Assembly: GCF_001194135.2 (NCBI RefSeq)
Contig: NC_068989.1
Span: forward strand, 92,552,311-92,616,310
DNA: 64,000 nt
DNA from: Octopus bimaculoides
Taxonomy: Eukaryota
Reading direction: 5' to 3'
A program made the position numbers and the translations under genes. Positions 12,330 through 26,906 of this stretch are shown one piece after another. How positions within the stretch are numbered: the first letter of the stretch is position 1; every line of letters starts with the position of its first letter. Below the pieces are notes generated by a model. The model searched no databases and was not told the origin of the DNA. It worked only from the letters and a program-made list of their open reading frames with translations.

Positions 12330-12960
12330 TTTCACTCTAAGTGCACACCAACCTCGTTTATGATCTATTATTTCACCACATTCTATTTATCTCTTAACGT
12401 TGTTAATATCTCTTTTAATGTTGGTTGCTTTTGATCACATAATTGGTGGGGAGAGGTGCTGATTTTTTTCTTGTTGTTCTTTATTTCTTCCTGCCAAATT
12501 CTCTGTCATTTATCATACACCAATTCTTGGCAATTCATAAGTTTTGTTCTGCTATAAGTATATACATATATATCACAAGAAGGCCACAAAAAGCTTCAAA
12601 CTATCGCCCTTGTAATTGACTCGTTTGATCTTAAATCTATCTAAAATAGATGCCGGGAAAAATTTAGATTTGTTTTTCGGCAACTTACTCCTTTATAATA
12701 AACACGCGTATATTTCATGCTGCACCAATTATCTCCCAACCTTCCATTATCCAAATTTAAGGGACCATATCATAAGACAATTTTGCGTTTCTGTACTGCT
12801 GATCCTTTCGCCTGTAGCGTTTCTATAAATTTCCTCCGCTTTTTCTCTCTCGTTTTTCGACGAACCTTAAGACAACCGTTATTATTGCTTGTAATAAATT
12901 AGTCTTAACTCTTTCCTTCATCTTCTTCAGTTCTGATGGTAATATACCAACTACATTTAG
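12330..12960 (-). pseudogene. Possible very old R4/Dong-like LINE remnant
   Basis: Minus-strand LSYDMVP*IWIMEGWEIIGAA*NIRVFI resembles the RT motif KAYDMVPHSWI. It is followed by QRIWQEEIK..LCDQKQPTLKEIL..NEV, which resembles the CCHC region. Many stops. Confidence 0.3.
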
Positions 12961-13773
12961 AGTTTATAACCATTATCTACCATAACTTCTTCGACACGCA
13001 ACGCTTTTTATCAATTGCAAGATTCTTAAAGGGCTGAAATTAAGATTGGCGTTGCTTTTGATTTTGATTCTTTCGTTCCTATTGCAGTATTATCCAAGAC
13101 CCCATTTAGCTTTTGGTACAATGACTTCTGATTTCCGTGTGGAACACACAGCTTCTGATTGTATTGATTTCTTTTCTGCTGAAAACTGTTCATGTTAGAT
13201 GCTTATGCTAAATGACTTGGTGTTAACATTTGTATCACAGTGTTACAAATCCTTTGCGTTGCATTAAATATTTTGGTTCGACATATCAAGTCGTTTTTCG
13301 CCGGTCTGTTTCTATGTGGCGGAAAAAATCGATATTACATTTACGTATGGAAGTTAACGTTTAATACACATTTTAGTAAACTTTTAACCTTTAACGTGTA
13401 ACACTTGTGTTTTAGTTGGAAATCAAATAATTGGCATTTGTTATAAATGTACTTCAAACCGAACATACTTGGATAAATACATACACACTTACACAAAGAC
13501 AGACTCATATATATTCATTTAGGTATTTAATGCGTAAGTATACACACACTCGCTCACACGCACTCACACTCGCACGCACACGCACACGCACACGCACACA
13601 CACACAAACAAACACACATATATACATATATATGCATACATATGTTTGCTTTTTTTGTATATATGTCTACATGGTCACGTATGACTTCGTATGTGACCTT
13701 AAATTGGGGGTCGAAAAATAAATGCCAGTTGAACACTAGAGGTAATATATACATACATATGATATGTATATAC

Positions 13774-13824
<51 letters not shown>

Positions 13825-14154
13825 CACATACATATGATGATGATGATAATTACAATATGCAATATAAGTACGAAACGATTATTAAGTTGGATTCCTTTTA
13901 CCTTTCTCGCAGCATTTCATGTAACGAGGGTAAATAAGGTTTTGTAGCCCTAGGTTTGCTTTGAACAGACTAGACTTCAGATGAAAACTATGCCCAGCCG
14001 AAGCAACGCAGGTATAGTTTCAGATATACTATACCTAGGATTTACATAATCCAGTCAGTCACTTATTGATGGTCTGAGTGAGATTTCATTGTTATTTCTT
14101 GGAGGACGAGAAGTCTCCCAGTTTAGAAAAGACATTAATTTATAAAATTCGTTT

Positions 14155-14357
14155 CAGATTTTACCACAAGTTCAGCAATTTAACGGGAGGATGCAAGCTG
14201 GTTACATCGCCCCAGTGCTCAACTGGTCCTTTATATTATCGGCCATAAAAAGCAAAGTCGACCTCTTCGGAATTTGATCTCAGTACGTAGAGACGGACGA
14301 AATATCGCTAAGCATGTTTTCGCCGGCATGCTAACGACACAGCCAGCTTGTTGCTGT
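14155..14357 (-). mobile_element. SINE family B (tRNA head plus a central domain I recall as Meta-like)
   Basis: gcaaagtcgacctc..ggaatttga..cagtacgtagagacggacgaaat..gctaagcat..gctaacg. Confidence 0.8.
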
Positions 14358-14536
14358 ATCGATATATAATATTAGATTTTATTCCTTAAACGTGCAGGGA
14401 TTTTAGCTTCATTACTTATCTGACAGGTGTCTAGTGACGGATCAACCTGCTAGAATTAGTCCACAACTCTTACGTTTTTATTTATGCGAATAGTAAATGT
14501 TAATACATACATATATATACATGTGTGTGTGTGTGT

Positions 14537-14584
<48 letters not shown>

Positions 14585-16132
14585 ATATATAGTTGGAATT
14601 TTCAAAAAAAAAACAAAAGACGAAGACAGGTGTGTAAACAACAAACAGGTGTATTAGTTTAACGCCCGGGAAGGTGAGCAAGTCTTTTATGTTTCGAACC
14701 TACGCTCTTCAACAGAAAGGAACACGAGAAAATAAACAGAGAGGGAATAAAAAAGGTTTAGTGGATAGCGGTCGATGTATGTATAAGTATATATACATGT
14801 ACGTATGTATTTATGTATGTATATATGTATGTACATAAATATTAAAATAGATGCATGAACGCGTGTGTCAGTGTGTGTTTGTGTGTGCGTATACGCTAGT
14901 ATCGAACAGTGGTAAGTGCTCAATAATGTGTGTGTATGTGCGTGTGTGTGCGTATGTGTGTGTGGGGGGGTGTATGTGTAGGTAGTTAATCTGTGTAAAA
15001 TACGACGAGAAAATCATCGAAATTAAATCAAATTCGAATGGGAAAGGGTGGAGGATAGATGTCCTGCAATAATTAATTATGTCCTTTAATTAGGTCCTTT
15101 AATTATTTGCCATTACGTCCTGAATGCATTTCCCAACGTGATCGATTTTTCTCTTTCCCATTACCCGGAGCAATTAAACAAAGTTCGAGTCGAGATAATT
15201 ATATACAAACAATCCTTTAGCATAAAAAGAAAAAAACAATACAAAGAAATATTATAAGGAAAGCCTTGTTCGTTTTGAATAAAGTAGAATGAATAAATTT
15301 CGGTCTGAATATCCAAGTATGAGTGATCCGTTGGTCGATCAACAGAACTAGCCATCTCATTGAACTATCGAGTAAGTGGCCGAGTACTCCAAAGCCACAT
15401 GTGACCTAAATGTAAATTCCCAGCGAAATTTTCTTATCGTACACACATGGATGGAAACATGCGCATGGATACTAGCGAGAGGTACTCTGGTAATGGGTAT
15501 TAGAGCTTCGTCTATCAGTATTTCCCACCAGCACACCCTGGGTGTTAGACACAAGGTTTGCCACGCCCAAATTATTGCATCTAAGCACACACACATACAT
15601 GAAGACGTACACGTCCAAACATGATTTTAACATTGTACACCTGATGTATCCCAATGTTCCGCCCTTTATTTGCATTCATATCAACGCCATATCACCCATA
15701 CTCATACCCCAGCCCATTCAGAAGACTGTTACCCCCTTACACCCCAAAACTTCACTAAGCCTTGTGGAAGAAGTATAACACTAGATGATTTCACCTCTAA
15801 CCTTCTCCCACGGAATCTTTTCGTTCCGTTTTATACAAACACCACAAACTGGACGTGGAACTTTTTTGCCTTCAAGGAACAGAGCTGTCAACATATTATT
15901 CATAGCAGCCCATGCGATGAGCGTGGCGGCTTTCAGAGTTTTCTCCCGAGCTTACGTGTGCCAAACCAACTGTAAAATAGCCTGAGATGGATCTAAAGTA
16001 ATGTACTGTATAAATATTTATATATCCGCTCTATTGACAAATATAGGAGTGATTTTTATATTTTTCGGACTTATGGGGTCTTAGACAGATATGTGTGTCT
16101 CAGATATATATGTATGTGTATATATGTATATA

Positions 16133-16516
16133 TATTCTTTTATTCTTTTGTTTCAGTCATTTGACTGCGACCATGCTGGACCAACGCCTTTAGACGAGCA
16201 AACTGACGCCAGGATTTATTCTTTGTAAGCCTAGTACGTATTCTATCAGTCCTCTTTGCCGAACCACTAAGTTACGGGGACGTAAACACACCAGCATCGG
16301 TTGTCAAGTGATGTTGGCGGGGGACAACACGCACACACAAACACACACATACATATGTAGAGGGATACGACAGCCTTCCTTCAGTCTCCGTCTAACAAAT
16401 CCATCCACAAGGCTTTTGTCGGTCTGAGGTTATGGTAGAAGATACTTTCCCGAGGTGCCACGCTGTGGGACTGAACCCGGGACCATATAGTTGGGAAGCA
16501 AACTACTAACCACACA
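16133..16516 (-). mobile_element. SINE family A, near full length
   Basis: Same head, body and tail as 11321-11781. Confidence 0.9.
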
Positions 16517-16728
16517 CACACACACACACACACTCACATAGTACCCCTCCAATGTCTAGAACCGTAAATATTACGTGATTTTTCTTTTAGAATTTTCGCG
16601 TAAACTGGCGTTGCAAAAGGGGATGAGACGGAAACATTTGTAACTTAGAATTAAAGATGCGTTAAAGAATTTTCTTTGTCTTCTTTCCATTGGACGTGTG
16701 TATGTGTGTATGTGTGTGTGTGTGTGTG

Positions 16729-16786
<58 letters not shown>

Positions 16787-18035
16787 TTACAAATTAAAAA
16801 GGTAAAGGATTATCAATTTATTAATTAATAAATCAATTAATAATTAATAATTTNNNNNNNNNNNNNNNNNNNNNNNNNNNNNNNNNNNNNNNNNNNNNNN
16901 NNNNNNNNNNNNNNNNNNNNNNNNNNNNNNNNNNNNNNNNNNNNNNNNNNNNNNNNNNNNNNNNNNNNNNNNNNNNNNNNNNNNNNNNNNNNNNNNNNNN
17001 NNNNNNNNNNNNNNNNNNNNNNNNNNNNNNNNNNNNNNNNNNNNNNNNNNNNNNNNNNNNNNNNNNNNNNNNNNNNNNNNNNNNNNNNNNNNNNNNNNNN
17101 NNNNNNNNNNNNNNNNNNNNNNNNNNNNNNNNNNNNNNNNNNNNNNNNNNNNNNNNNNNNNNNNNNNNNNNNNNNNNNNNNNNNNNNNNNNNNNNNNNNN
17201 NNNNNNNNNNNNNNNNNNNNNNNNNNNNNNNNNNNNNNNNNNNNNNNNNNNNNNNNNNNNNNNNNNNNNNNNNNNNNNNNNNNNNNNNNNNNNNNNNNNN
17301 NNNNNNNNNNNNNNNNNNNNNNNNNNNNNNNNNNNNNNNNNNNNNNNNNNNNNNNNNNNNNNNNNNNNNNNNNNNNNNNNNNNNNNNNNNNNNNNNNNNN
17401 NNNNNNNNNNNNNNNNNNNNNNNNNNNNNNNNNNNNNNNNNNNNNNNNNNNNNNNNNNNNNNNNNNNNNNNNNNNNNNNNNNNNNNNNNNNNNNNNNNNN
17501 NNNNNNNNNNNNNNNNNNNNNNNNNNNNNNNNNNNNNNNNNNNNNNNNNNNNNNNNNNNNNNNNNNNNNNNNNNNNNNNNNNNNNNNNNNNNNNNNNNNN
17601 NNNNNNNNNNNNNNNNNNNNNNNNNNNNNNNNNNNNNNNNNNNNNNNNNNNNNNNNNNNNNNNNNNNNNNNNNNNNNNNNNNNNNNNNNNNNNNNNNNNN
17701 NNNNNNNNNNNNNNNNNNNNNNNNNNNNNNNNNNNNNNNNNNNNNNNNNNNNNNNNNNNNNNNNNNNNNCAAAAAGTAATGCCATTTTCTTTATTTCATG
17801 TGAAGTTTTTGATAAAAATAACTGAAAATTTTACCAGTTATAAATGATTATATCATTTACGTTCTGAAATAATTTGTTTCTTACTTTTTAGGTTTTTAGA
17901 CTGGTAAGGAAAATTCAAACTGGCACAAAATGCTAAGAGGTGGAATCGAACCTGATGTCACGTCGTTGCAAATTGACCCGTTAACTTTTCGGCCAAATAA
18001 GCATTGATATATCTGTGAATCTGTGCATGCGCGTA

Positions 18036-18071
<36 letters not shown>

Positions 18072-18212
18072 AAGTGTGTGTTTGAAGTGTGTGTGTGTGT
18101 GTGAATACATTTACATTTACAGTTGTAGATATACAAAAATACGTGTATGTGCTTTAGATTCGTGACTATGGTAACTGTCCGACTACTTATTGATCAGACG
18201 ATCTATATATAT

Positions 18213-18243
<31 letters not shown>

Positions 18244-18304
18244 CTTGTACATAGATACAAACTCGTCCTACCATATTTTGATTTGTACGATTGTGTGTGG
18301 AAAC

Positions 18305-18335
<31 letters not shown>

Positions 18336-18454
18336 CATACATACATACATACATACAGACAGACAGACAGACAGAGACAAAGACACAGAGAGAGAAACGG
18401 AGCGAGAGAGAGGGAGATAACTCTCGGCCCTGTTTCTGTTTAATATAAATAATA

Positions 18455-18886
18455 GGCGCTGGAGTGGTTCTGTGGTAAGTAGCTTCCTTACGAACAACAT
18501 GGTTCTGGGTTCAGTCCCACTGCGTGGCATCTCGGGCAAGTGTCTCCTGCTATAGCCTCGGGACGACCAAAGCCTTATGTGTGGATTTGGTAGACGGAAA
18601 CTGAAAGCAGCCCGTCGTATATATATACATATATATGTGTGTGTTTGTGTGTGTTTGTATGTGTGTGTGTGATTGTGTGTCTGTGTTTGTCCCCTTCCCG
18701 AATATCGCTTGACAACCGATGCTGGTGTGTTTACGTGCCCGTAGCTTAGCGGTTCGACAAAAAGAACCAATAGAATAAGTACTAGGCTTACAAAGAATAA
18801 ATCCTGGGGTCAATTAGCTCGACTAAAGGTGTTGCTCCAGCATGGCCGCATTCAATTGACTGAAACAAGTAAAAGGGTAAAAGAGT
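18455..18886 (+). mobile_element. SINE family A, full length
   Basis: ggcgctggagtggttctgtggtaag...gggttcagtcccactgcgtggc...catggccgcattcaattgactgaaacaagtaaaag. Confidence 0.92.
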
Positions 18887-19609
18887 AATATATATGTATA
18901 TATATGAGTGTGGTGTAGCACGGCCACAGCCTTAAGGCTGAAATATATAAAAGAATAAAAGAAAATATATATATGATTTATAAATATATGTAATATATAT
19001 ATATACAATATATAGTACATAAGCACCCATACACCCACACACAGACACACACATATTTGTATGTATAAATACAAATATATATCTGTACAAATATACATCT
19101 ATCTATTTATCTATCTATCCATCCATCTATGAATTATCTCTCTCTCTATATATATATGTATATATATAAATGTATATATATATATATATATNNNNNNNNN
19201 NNNNNNNNNNNNNNNNNNNNNNNNNNNNNNNNNNNNNNNNNNNNNNNNNNNNNNNNNNNNNNNNNNNNNNNNNNNNNNNNNNNNNNNNNNNNNNNNNNNN
19301 NNNNNNNNNNNNNNNNNNNNNNNNNNNNNNNNNNNNATATAACAAATAGATTTTATGGTCCTTTATTGTACCGTACAACCGAAGCCCTAACAGCGAGCCA
19401 CACGCAAAACCATTCACCTCCACTTTCCGGTCGATTGAGCAAAGGCGAGATCAAATAATCACAAGATCAAATTTACTCTGAACACTGGATTATGTTACAT
19501 TAGAGATTACTGCCGGCGATTTATACACGGCATTGGCTGACTCTAATGTCCGCTTGTAGCCACATAAAATGTGTGTTACTCTGTGTCTTCGGTCGGTTTA
19601 TGATTGGGA

Positions 19610-19839
19610 ATCCGTGTGTGCATGTGCGCGTGTGCGCGCGCGCAATACTTCAGAGATACAGAATAATTGTTTGTGTGCGTGTGTGTGTGCTAGTGTTTCT
19701 GCGTGTGTGTCTGCGTGTGTGTTTGCGTGTGTGAGTGTGTGTATGTGCGTGTGTGTGTGCGCGCACGTGTGTGTGTGTGTGTGCGTGTGTGTATATATAG
19801 ATAGATGTATGTATATATATGTATATGTATATGTGTGTT

Positions 19840-19878
<39 letters not shown>

Positions 19879-20029
19879 GTATGTATGTATGTATGTATAT
19901 GTATATATATAAATATATACATGCATTTATATTTGAAAATATATATGTATATTTACATGTATGTATATATGTATATTGCTCTTTTACTATATCTGAAGAC
20001 ATATCCAACACGCACACATTCACTCACAA

Positions 20030-20060
<31 letters not shown>

Positions 20061-20483
20061 CACACACACACGTACATACGCACAAATACAAACATACATA
20101 TAATTACAGATTTATATACACCCACAGAGCATATATGTGTGTGCACGTGTGTGTGTGTATGATATATGTATGCCTGTATGTATGCCTGTATGTATGTATG
20201 TATGTATGTATGTATGTATGTGTGTATGTATGTATGTGTATGTATGTATGTGTGTATGTGTGCAGTGAATAGTCATACATAAGTAAAATATTCGTTCGTC
20301 TACGCGCAAAAATTTAATCTATCTGTTTACAAAGATTTTGAACAGGCTGTCGGTGCAATGATTGATACAAGTACTGTTTATGTGTGTGTGTGTGTGTGTG
20401 TGTATCTGTGAGTGTATTAGTGTGTCTGTGCTTGTGTGTCTGTGCTTGTGTGTGTGTGTGTGTGAGAGAGAGTGTGTGTGTGT

Positions 20484-20526
<43 letters not shown>

Positions 20527-20530
20527 GTAA
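19610..20530. repeat. Large compound microsatellite field (TG/CG/TA/CA/TATG)
   Basis: Direct reading. Confidence 0.9.
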
Positions 20531-22071
20531 AATATGTGTAACAATAAGTATAATAGTTTGGCAGATGTATATAACATGCCATGGATCTCCAAGCAATCAA
20601 TGAGGCTCCCTTCATAACGTTGGATATATTTAAAATCCAGGACGCTGCTCAATGAAAAAATGTGGGGAAAAACATGGACAGTTTAATTGGTCAAACTGGA
20701 GGATACCACCCGCTCCGGTAACTCCTCCTGAAGATATAGAGTCAAAATTAAAAGAAGAGTGCTATTGTTATCTCGTGAACGATATTTCGACATCTTGTGT
20801 GTCTCCAACGGGTTCAAAAAATAAATTTGTCAATCTACTTCATTTTGGTTAATATAGAAAGGATTGAGGTAACTCCTCCTGAAGATATCAATAAGAAAAC
20901 AAAATGAGGTATTGAAGCAAACAAGAGAAGCTGTTTGTCATTGCTCGATATTTTAGAAATAGCAGTAAAACTTCCCTCAAATTGCATCTCCAGCGTCTTA
21001 TAAATGGACAATGTTGCCCAAGATACAGACTTTATGGTATCATGTTATTTTATCATTAGTCGATATTTTCAGAATCTGATTACAATTCTTTCCTCATATA
21101 TTCATTTATTGCATGCCAACTTTAAAAATTCCCTGGTTTAATTGCTTAATAATTATCAACTTAAGAATGTTTACACATATTCATTAAGTATTCATTGCCA
21201 GGTTGTTCTCTATTCATTAACATTAATACATAGCTATTTACACAGCTAGAAATTAAATCCTCGAGTGCAATTCTCTACGCAATCTCAATTTAAATACCAT
21301 AAAATTCTTAAGAATAACTATACAACCTAAATTTCCTATCCAACTTTCCATATTTTCATTTATACCGACACCCACCTCGCCTTTCTCGCCTTCTTAACTT
21401 AGGAACGGACATTTTCTTTTCCCTTTTTTTTCTTCTTTTAATTAAAATGTGTTTCAATAAAAATACCTGAGAGGAATTCTTTAATCGCTTATTGAATTAA
21501 AAGAACTTCTCCGTATATCTTCACTTAGGCAAGAGTGTCATTGTCTATANNNNNNNNNNNNNNNNNNNNNNNNNNNNNNNNNNNNNNNNNNNNNNNNNNN
21601 NNNNNNNNNNNNNNNNNNNNNNNNNNNNNNNNNNNNNNNNNNNNNNNNNNNNNNNNNNNNNNNNNNNNNNNNNNNNNNNNNNNNNNNNNNNNNNNNNNNN
21701 NNNNNNNNNNNNNNNNNNNNNNNNNNNNNNNNNNNNNNNNNNNNNNNNNNNNNNNNNNNNNNNNNNNNNNNNNNNNNNATATATATATATATACATATGT
21801 ACATATGTAGATGAAGAGATGGACAGATAGCTAGCTTGGTAGCTGGGTTAGACAGATAGATAGATGTCGGTATATGCATGTTTCTACACACACATATATT
21901 CAATATATGTGTGTGTGTATATATATATATATATACATATGTGCAACACGCCAGCTTAATTCGTCCTTAGTCGAAAGACACCTATTGTTAATGTCCTCTT
22001 ATTTGCATTTGTATTTGTGTACCATTTCTCCGTTTTCTTCCGTCCTTGTTTNNNNNNNNNNATATATATAT

Positions 22072-22190
22072 CCACTCAAAAGTCATTCGTGGGTCCGTAA
22101 CTATAGTAGAAGTCACCTGCCCATGGTGTCGAGCATTGGCACTAACCTAAACCACGTGGTTACAAATCGAAATTCTGAGCCACATGACCA
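22072..22190 (-). mobile_element. SINE family A 5' fragment, diverged
   Basis: ctatagtagaagtcacctgcccatggtgtc. Confidence 0.6.
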
Positions 22191-23167
22191 TCCCTGCATC
22201 TATGTACAACAGACAATGCTAAAAGCTTGGACCTATTACACTGAGAGTTTCGTGAACATCTTTTAGTCTCTACAATCAGCTTTCGTTGCCTCTCCCCGAC
22301 AAATGCCCAGATGTACCTGACAATACCATCAAGCCTAAATTGTTTTCAACTCCATTCGAAACTCACACCATTCACAGTTACGTTTTCTATTCAGTTCTAG
22401 ATGTACCAGTGAATTAATATTTTTGTGGTGGGAATTTACCAGTGTTTCTGAATAGCATGAATTGTATCGGTTTCATAATGCATTTGTGATAAGTTTGACG
22501 TCTTACATTGCATATAGTAGTAATACATAAATATGGCGTAGATACAGCAGCATGTAACACAAACAAAGTTGTACGAAAGAAAAAGAAATAATAATCAATT
22601 TTCAAACCATTAATTAACGATTTTAATATAATATTAATTCCTGGCATAGAATTCGATTCGAAAAGACCAATGTTACCACTCTCTTGCAGTATCTTATATT
22701 CTAAGCAGAAAGTTAATAAAAATATTTTGTAATTCATTTTATATACATATTTGCTTATTTGCTGACATTTCAAATCTAATATATAAATTTAAATAAAACA
22801 TGTTTACAACATAAATATAAAATATGTACACAACAAATAACATAATTATTTAACATACAAATTACAAAATATAAATATTATCCACATATATGTATATAAA
22901 TAATAAACAATAACAAGAACATTTATAATAAAAATAAAGAATATAACATTATATATGAAATATAGCAATATACATAAATTGCGAATATAACATAAATGTA
23001 AATGGAATATATATCAGAAAAATCTAACAATAATAGAGATAAGGATATAATTCAACGAAAATATAATTCTTTATTTTTATATTAAAATAGATTAGGTAAA
23101 ACACTGAAGCAAATAATGGGTCTTTTCATTAGATGTTAACCTTCCTTGCACAGGTGACATGCACAGG

Positions 23168-23315
23168 AAGGCGGTGAGTTTGTCGTGGCAGAAGAGCGTC
23201 GGACAGAATGCCTGGCAGTTTTAATACTTGACACCATGAGCTCAAACCCTATCGAGGTAAATTTTACTTTTCATCTTTTCTAGACCAACAAAAAAGAACC
23301 AATAAAGGGTGCTTG
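23168..23315 (+). mobile_element. SINE family B, very diverged
   Basis: aggcggtgag...gagctcaaaccctatcgaggtaaattttacttttcatcttttc. Confidence 0.5.
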
Positions 23316-23615
23316 ATTAGTGGACCAGTGTGAACATTGAATGGGATACATTTCAAGGTTGTCCCCCACCCCTAAATCCTTACGTTCTGAATTCAGTACC
23401 CGCTAGTTGACTTAATTCCTCACCCGGTTTTGACGTCACCACCCGGCACCATGGATGCCTTTAGCTAAGTCCACCCTGTTGCAAGTATTTGGCCCAGCGC
23501 TGCTGTTCCAACATACCTTTCGGTCTTCTTTCTTCTAGTTTTGGAGGCCCTAAGATGTGTTATGGGCGCTGCCCCTCTTTTCGATTAAAGTATTTTAAAA
23601 GAATGCATAAACATT

Positions 23616-23777
23616 GGCGCAACCTTGGCTGTGTGGTAAGAAGTTTGCTTCCTAACCAAATGGTTCTGAGTTCAGGCCCACTGCGTGACACGTTGGGCAA
23701 GTGCCTTCTACTATAGCCCCGGTTCGACTTATGTCTTGTTAGCAGATTTGGTTGATGGAAAATGAAAGAAGCTCGTC

Positions 23778-23780
<3 letters not shown>
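23616..23780 (+). mobile_element. SINE family A 5' half
   Basis: ggctgtgtggtaagaagtttgcttcctaacca...gggcaagtgccttctactatagccc; ends in (TG)n. Confidence 0.88.
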
Positions 23781-23813
<33 letters not shown>

Positions 23814-23830
23814 GTGTGTTTGTGTTTGTA

Positions 23831-25154
23831 CAGGAGTGTCAATAAAATTCGTGTGCAGTTCAAGATAATTGTAGCTTTGTAACTATGCATGGCAGAACTA
23901 ATCTGTAAAAAAGATAAGAAAGAACTATTTAAATTACCAACTAGAATTGTTCATTTTGAACATATCCATCATCGTTACATAATTAAACGGTAACACGATT
24001 CTGTAGAACTCGGAAAACATTTTGCAGCTGGTTTCAGGAAATACCATCAAACACGTCAAATATCCTAGCTTGTAAGTCCTCTAAAGATCGAGGTTTAATT
24101 GAATAAACTATTCATGTGTCATCATAAAAATAAACCCAATGAAACCAAATCTGACGGAGGCCCGGATAAGAGTACACCTCTTCCAATTCACCTGTCGGAA
24201 AATTTTTCATTTAGGAACTGCTTAATTTGCAGAGCAAAGGTCAAGGAGCCCCATCCTGTTGAAACACTCCTTCTTCTATCAGATCTAATCGGTCAAGCTG
24301 AAGAATAAAGTAATTTTGCAGCATTTCTAAATAGCGATCACCATTAGCAACACGCCCTTGAAAAAAAGAATGACCCTATGATTCGACTTTCTCCCAAAGC
24401 ACACCAGACATTAATTTTAGAAGAATCCCTTTCATGCTCGATACATTCTTGGGGATTTTCAGTCCCGCAAATAAGGCAGTTATGCCTGTTACCCTTCCCA
24501 CTAATGTGAAATCTTGCTTCATTGGTAAACATTAAATTACACAAAAATGAGTTTCCCATATTAATTTGTTTTCATTGAACTAATAGTAGAAATTTAGCCG
24601 TGCATGATAATCGTCTTCTAACAACATTTGATGCATTTGAATATTGGTTCGCTTTCATGTGAAGTTTTGTTGGTAGAATATTATGCACAGTTGATTTTGG
24701 AAGCCTCAGCTCTAAAGATTCCCGTCTTCATTTCCACGCATGCTACAGTGTCTTCTCTTACACATGCTCTATCAGATTGTGGCTTACTATCGATAGAATC
24801 ATAAAAAAAAAAATTTCTCCTCTCGGATGGGGAATTCTTGGGTTGTTTATTGAAACGAGTTGCCCACCTTCTTTGGACACCGAACGGTTTATTTCAGCTC
24901 CGCCAGCCAAAGAACGCAGTTTACTCTCTATTCCAGTGAAGCCATGGGTCAACAACAATTCTGCAAAGACAAACCGTTTTCAAATTTCAGGAAATAGTTA
25001 AAGAGTAATGTGTAAAACAAATAATAAATAAATTTTCTGAAAAAACTAGACACATCGAGCTTTCTAAGCTATTTTTTCACAGACTTTATAAATTCAAATA
25101 TAGATACAAGCCTATAGGTATTATAAATTTCACATGGATTTCATAGACACCCTG
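23831..25154 (-). mobile_element. Decayed Tc1/mariner-superfamily transposon (maT/DD37D-like)
   Basis: Imperfect 30-bp TIRs: caggagtgtcaataaaattcgtgtgcagtt versus reverse complement cagggtgtctatgaaatccatgtgaaattt. TA on the left flank. Confidence 0.85.
23941..24945 (-). pseudogene. Transposase pseudogene
   Basis: MASLE*RVNCVLWLAELK, FTNEARFHISGKGNRHNC..GTENP..HERDSSKINVWCAL..IIGSFFF, NGDRYLEMLQNYF, VFQQDGAP, IKPRSLEDLQARI. Confidence 0.88.
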
Positions 25155-25174
25155 TTTGTATGGATAATTACTAC

Positions 25175-25330
25175 AGGATTCTTTCAGTTTCCGTCGATTA
25201 AATCCATTTACAAGGATTAGCTCAAGGATATAGCAGAAGATACTGGCCCAAAAAGCCATGTAGTGAGAGTGAAATCGGAACCATGTCGTTACAAAACAGA
25301 CTTCTTAACACACAGGCACACCTGCACCTA
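25175..25330 (-). mobile_element. SINE family A 5' half, diverged
   Basis: ttctttcagtttccgtc..atccatttacaagg...ggaaccatg...acacacaggcacacctgcacc. Confidence 0.75.
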
Positions 25331-26164
25331 TATATATATATGCAGAATAGCCAGGTCATGTAATTTTAACGTGCCTCGTCTCTTCAGGAGCAGGCATCCA
25401 GTTCCAACATATCAGTCAAATTTCACTACGACGATGTATGGGATTTCAGTGAACAACAGGTTTATCAAAAGCTAATTACTAGAGACAGAACCAGTCTAAC
25501 AATACATCCACGTTAAGTTGCATATAAACGTTGCCTTTTGATATTAATACTGCTTTTGCCATTAATAATTATTTTTCGCTAAATGATTATTTGTCTGGTG
25601 CACTGAAAATTCAACCACCTCACCGTCTTCAAAAACAAAGACACCAGAATAATAATGAGAAATTGTTTTGTTAAATTTTACCTTATTTTCAAAATTATTT
25701 GAAACAAAAGCAGTCTACTTCAACATGAAAGTAGTATCAAAAGAATCACATACAAAAAAAAAATATATATATATATATATACATATGTGTGCTTTTAAAC
25801 ATTATATATTGGAATTACATTAGTTAGTGGTAAAGGTAAAAATTTAAAATGCTACAATCTTAAACGTTTGCGGAACACACCTTTCAAAATATAATGAAAG
25901 TCTGGAATAAAATAGTCTCTGTGAAATTCAAACATTTGTCACGGATTTGGTGCAGTAGTTGAATATAATAATAATACATGTACTGTTGTATTGAATAAAG
26001 ACTGGAATGACAAATATATGTGTAACGCATTTCTGCGTCTATAGACCTGCGTACTTGAAAATATCAGTATGTCGACACCCTCAGCCCTTTTCCTAATAGA
26101 CACTCCTCCTTATTCCTTGGCCATAGATTTTGATATACAAACATATGATAAACAAGACTATAAA

Positions 26165-26229
<65 letters not shown>

Positions 26230-26349
26230 AAAGAAAAAAAATCATTAATGATTTTACCAGGTGGTCAGCGCGGAAATAAAACCTCATAGGTAAATTGTGT
26301 GTGTGTGTATGTGTGTGTGTGTATATCTATCTATCTATCTATCTATCGA

Positions 26350-26545
26350 TCTTTGTTTTTGTTTTATTGTCCTTGTTGCGTGCACATTCGCTGGCTTATT
26401 TACAAAGGGGTTTAATGCTCTTGGCTTGGATTTTTTTCGGGAGCAACCACATCGAACCGTCTCAAGTGTAACTACCCGAAATGGTTGTGACCTCTGGGAC
26501 TTAACTAATGAGAGCAGGCCAAGAATGACCAGTATTTTTCTTTTT
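26350..26545 (+). repeat. Diverged copy of the 8257-8450 repeat
   Basis: ttcgctgg..taatgctcttggcttgg..cccgaaat..gaatgacc aligns by eye to the reverse complement of 8270-8420. Confidence 0.5.
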
Positions 26546-26844
26546 TTCTTTTGCCTCTGTTCATTGTTGTTTCTCTTGTCCGCCTATCTGTCCGAACGTT
26601 TTAATGCCCTCTATTGCGTTTTTGTTCCATATATATATGTGTGTATATATATATATATATATNNNNNNNNNNNNNNNNNNNNNNNNNNNNNNNNNNNNNN
26701 NNNNNNNNNNNNNNNNNNNNNNNNNNNNNNNNNNNNNNNNNNNNNNNNNNNNNNNNNNNNNNNNNNNNNNNNNNNNNNNNNNNNNNNNNNNNNNNNNNNN
26801 NNNNNNNNNNNNNNNNNNNNNNNNNNNNNNNNNNNNNNNNNNNN

Positions 26845-26906
<62 letters not shown>

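Noticed and set aside
15542-15985. In-frame plus-strand ORFs, with faint CR1 C-terminal resemblance on the minus strand
   Set aside because: Similarity is too weak to call by eye and needs tBLASTx.
20652-20890. 66-aa ORF and a 21-bp direct repeat ggtaactcctcctgaagatat (two copies about 150 bp apart) containing CTGAAGA
   Set aside because: No proper stem II/GAAA geometry and no protein motif. Probably a TE remnant or local duplication.
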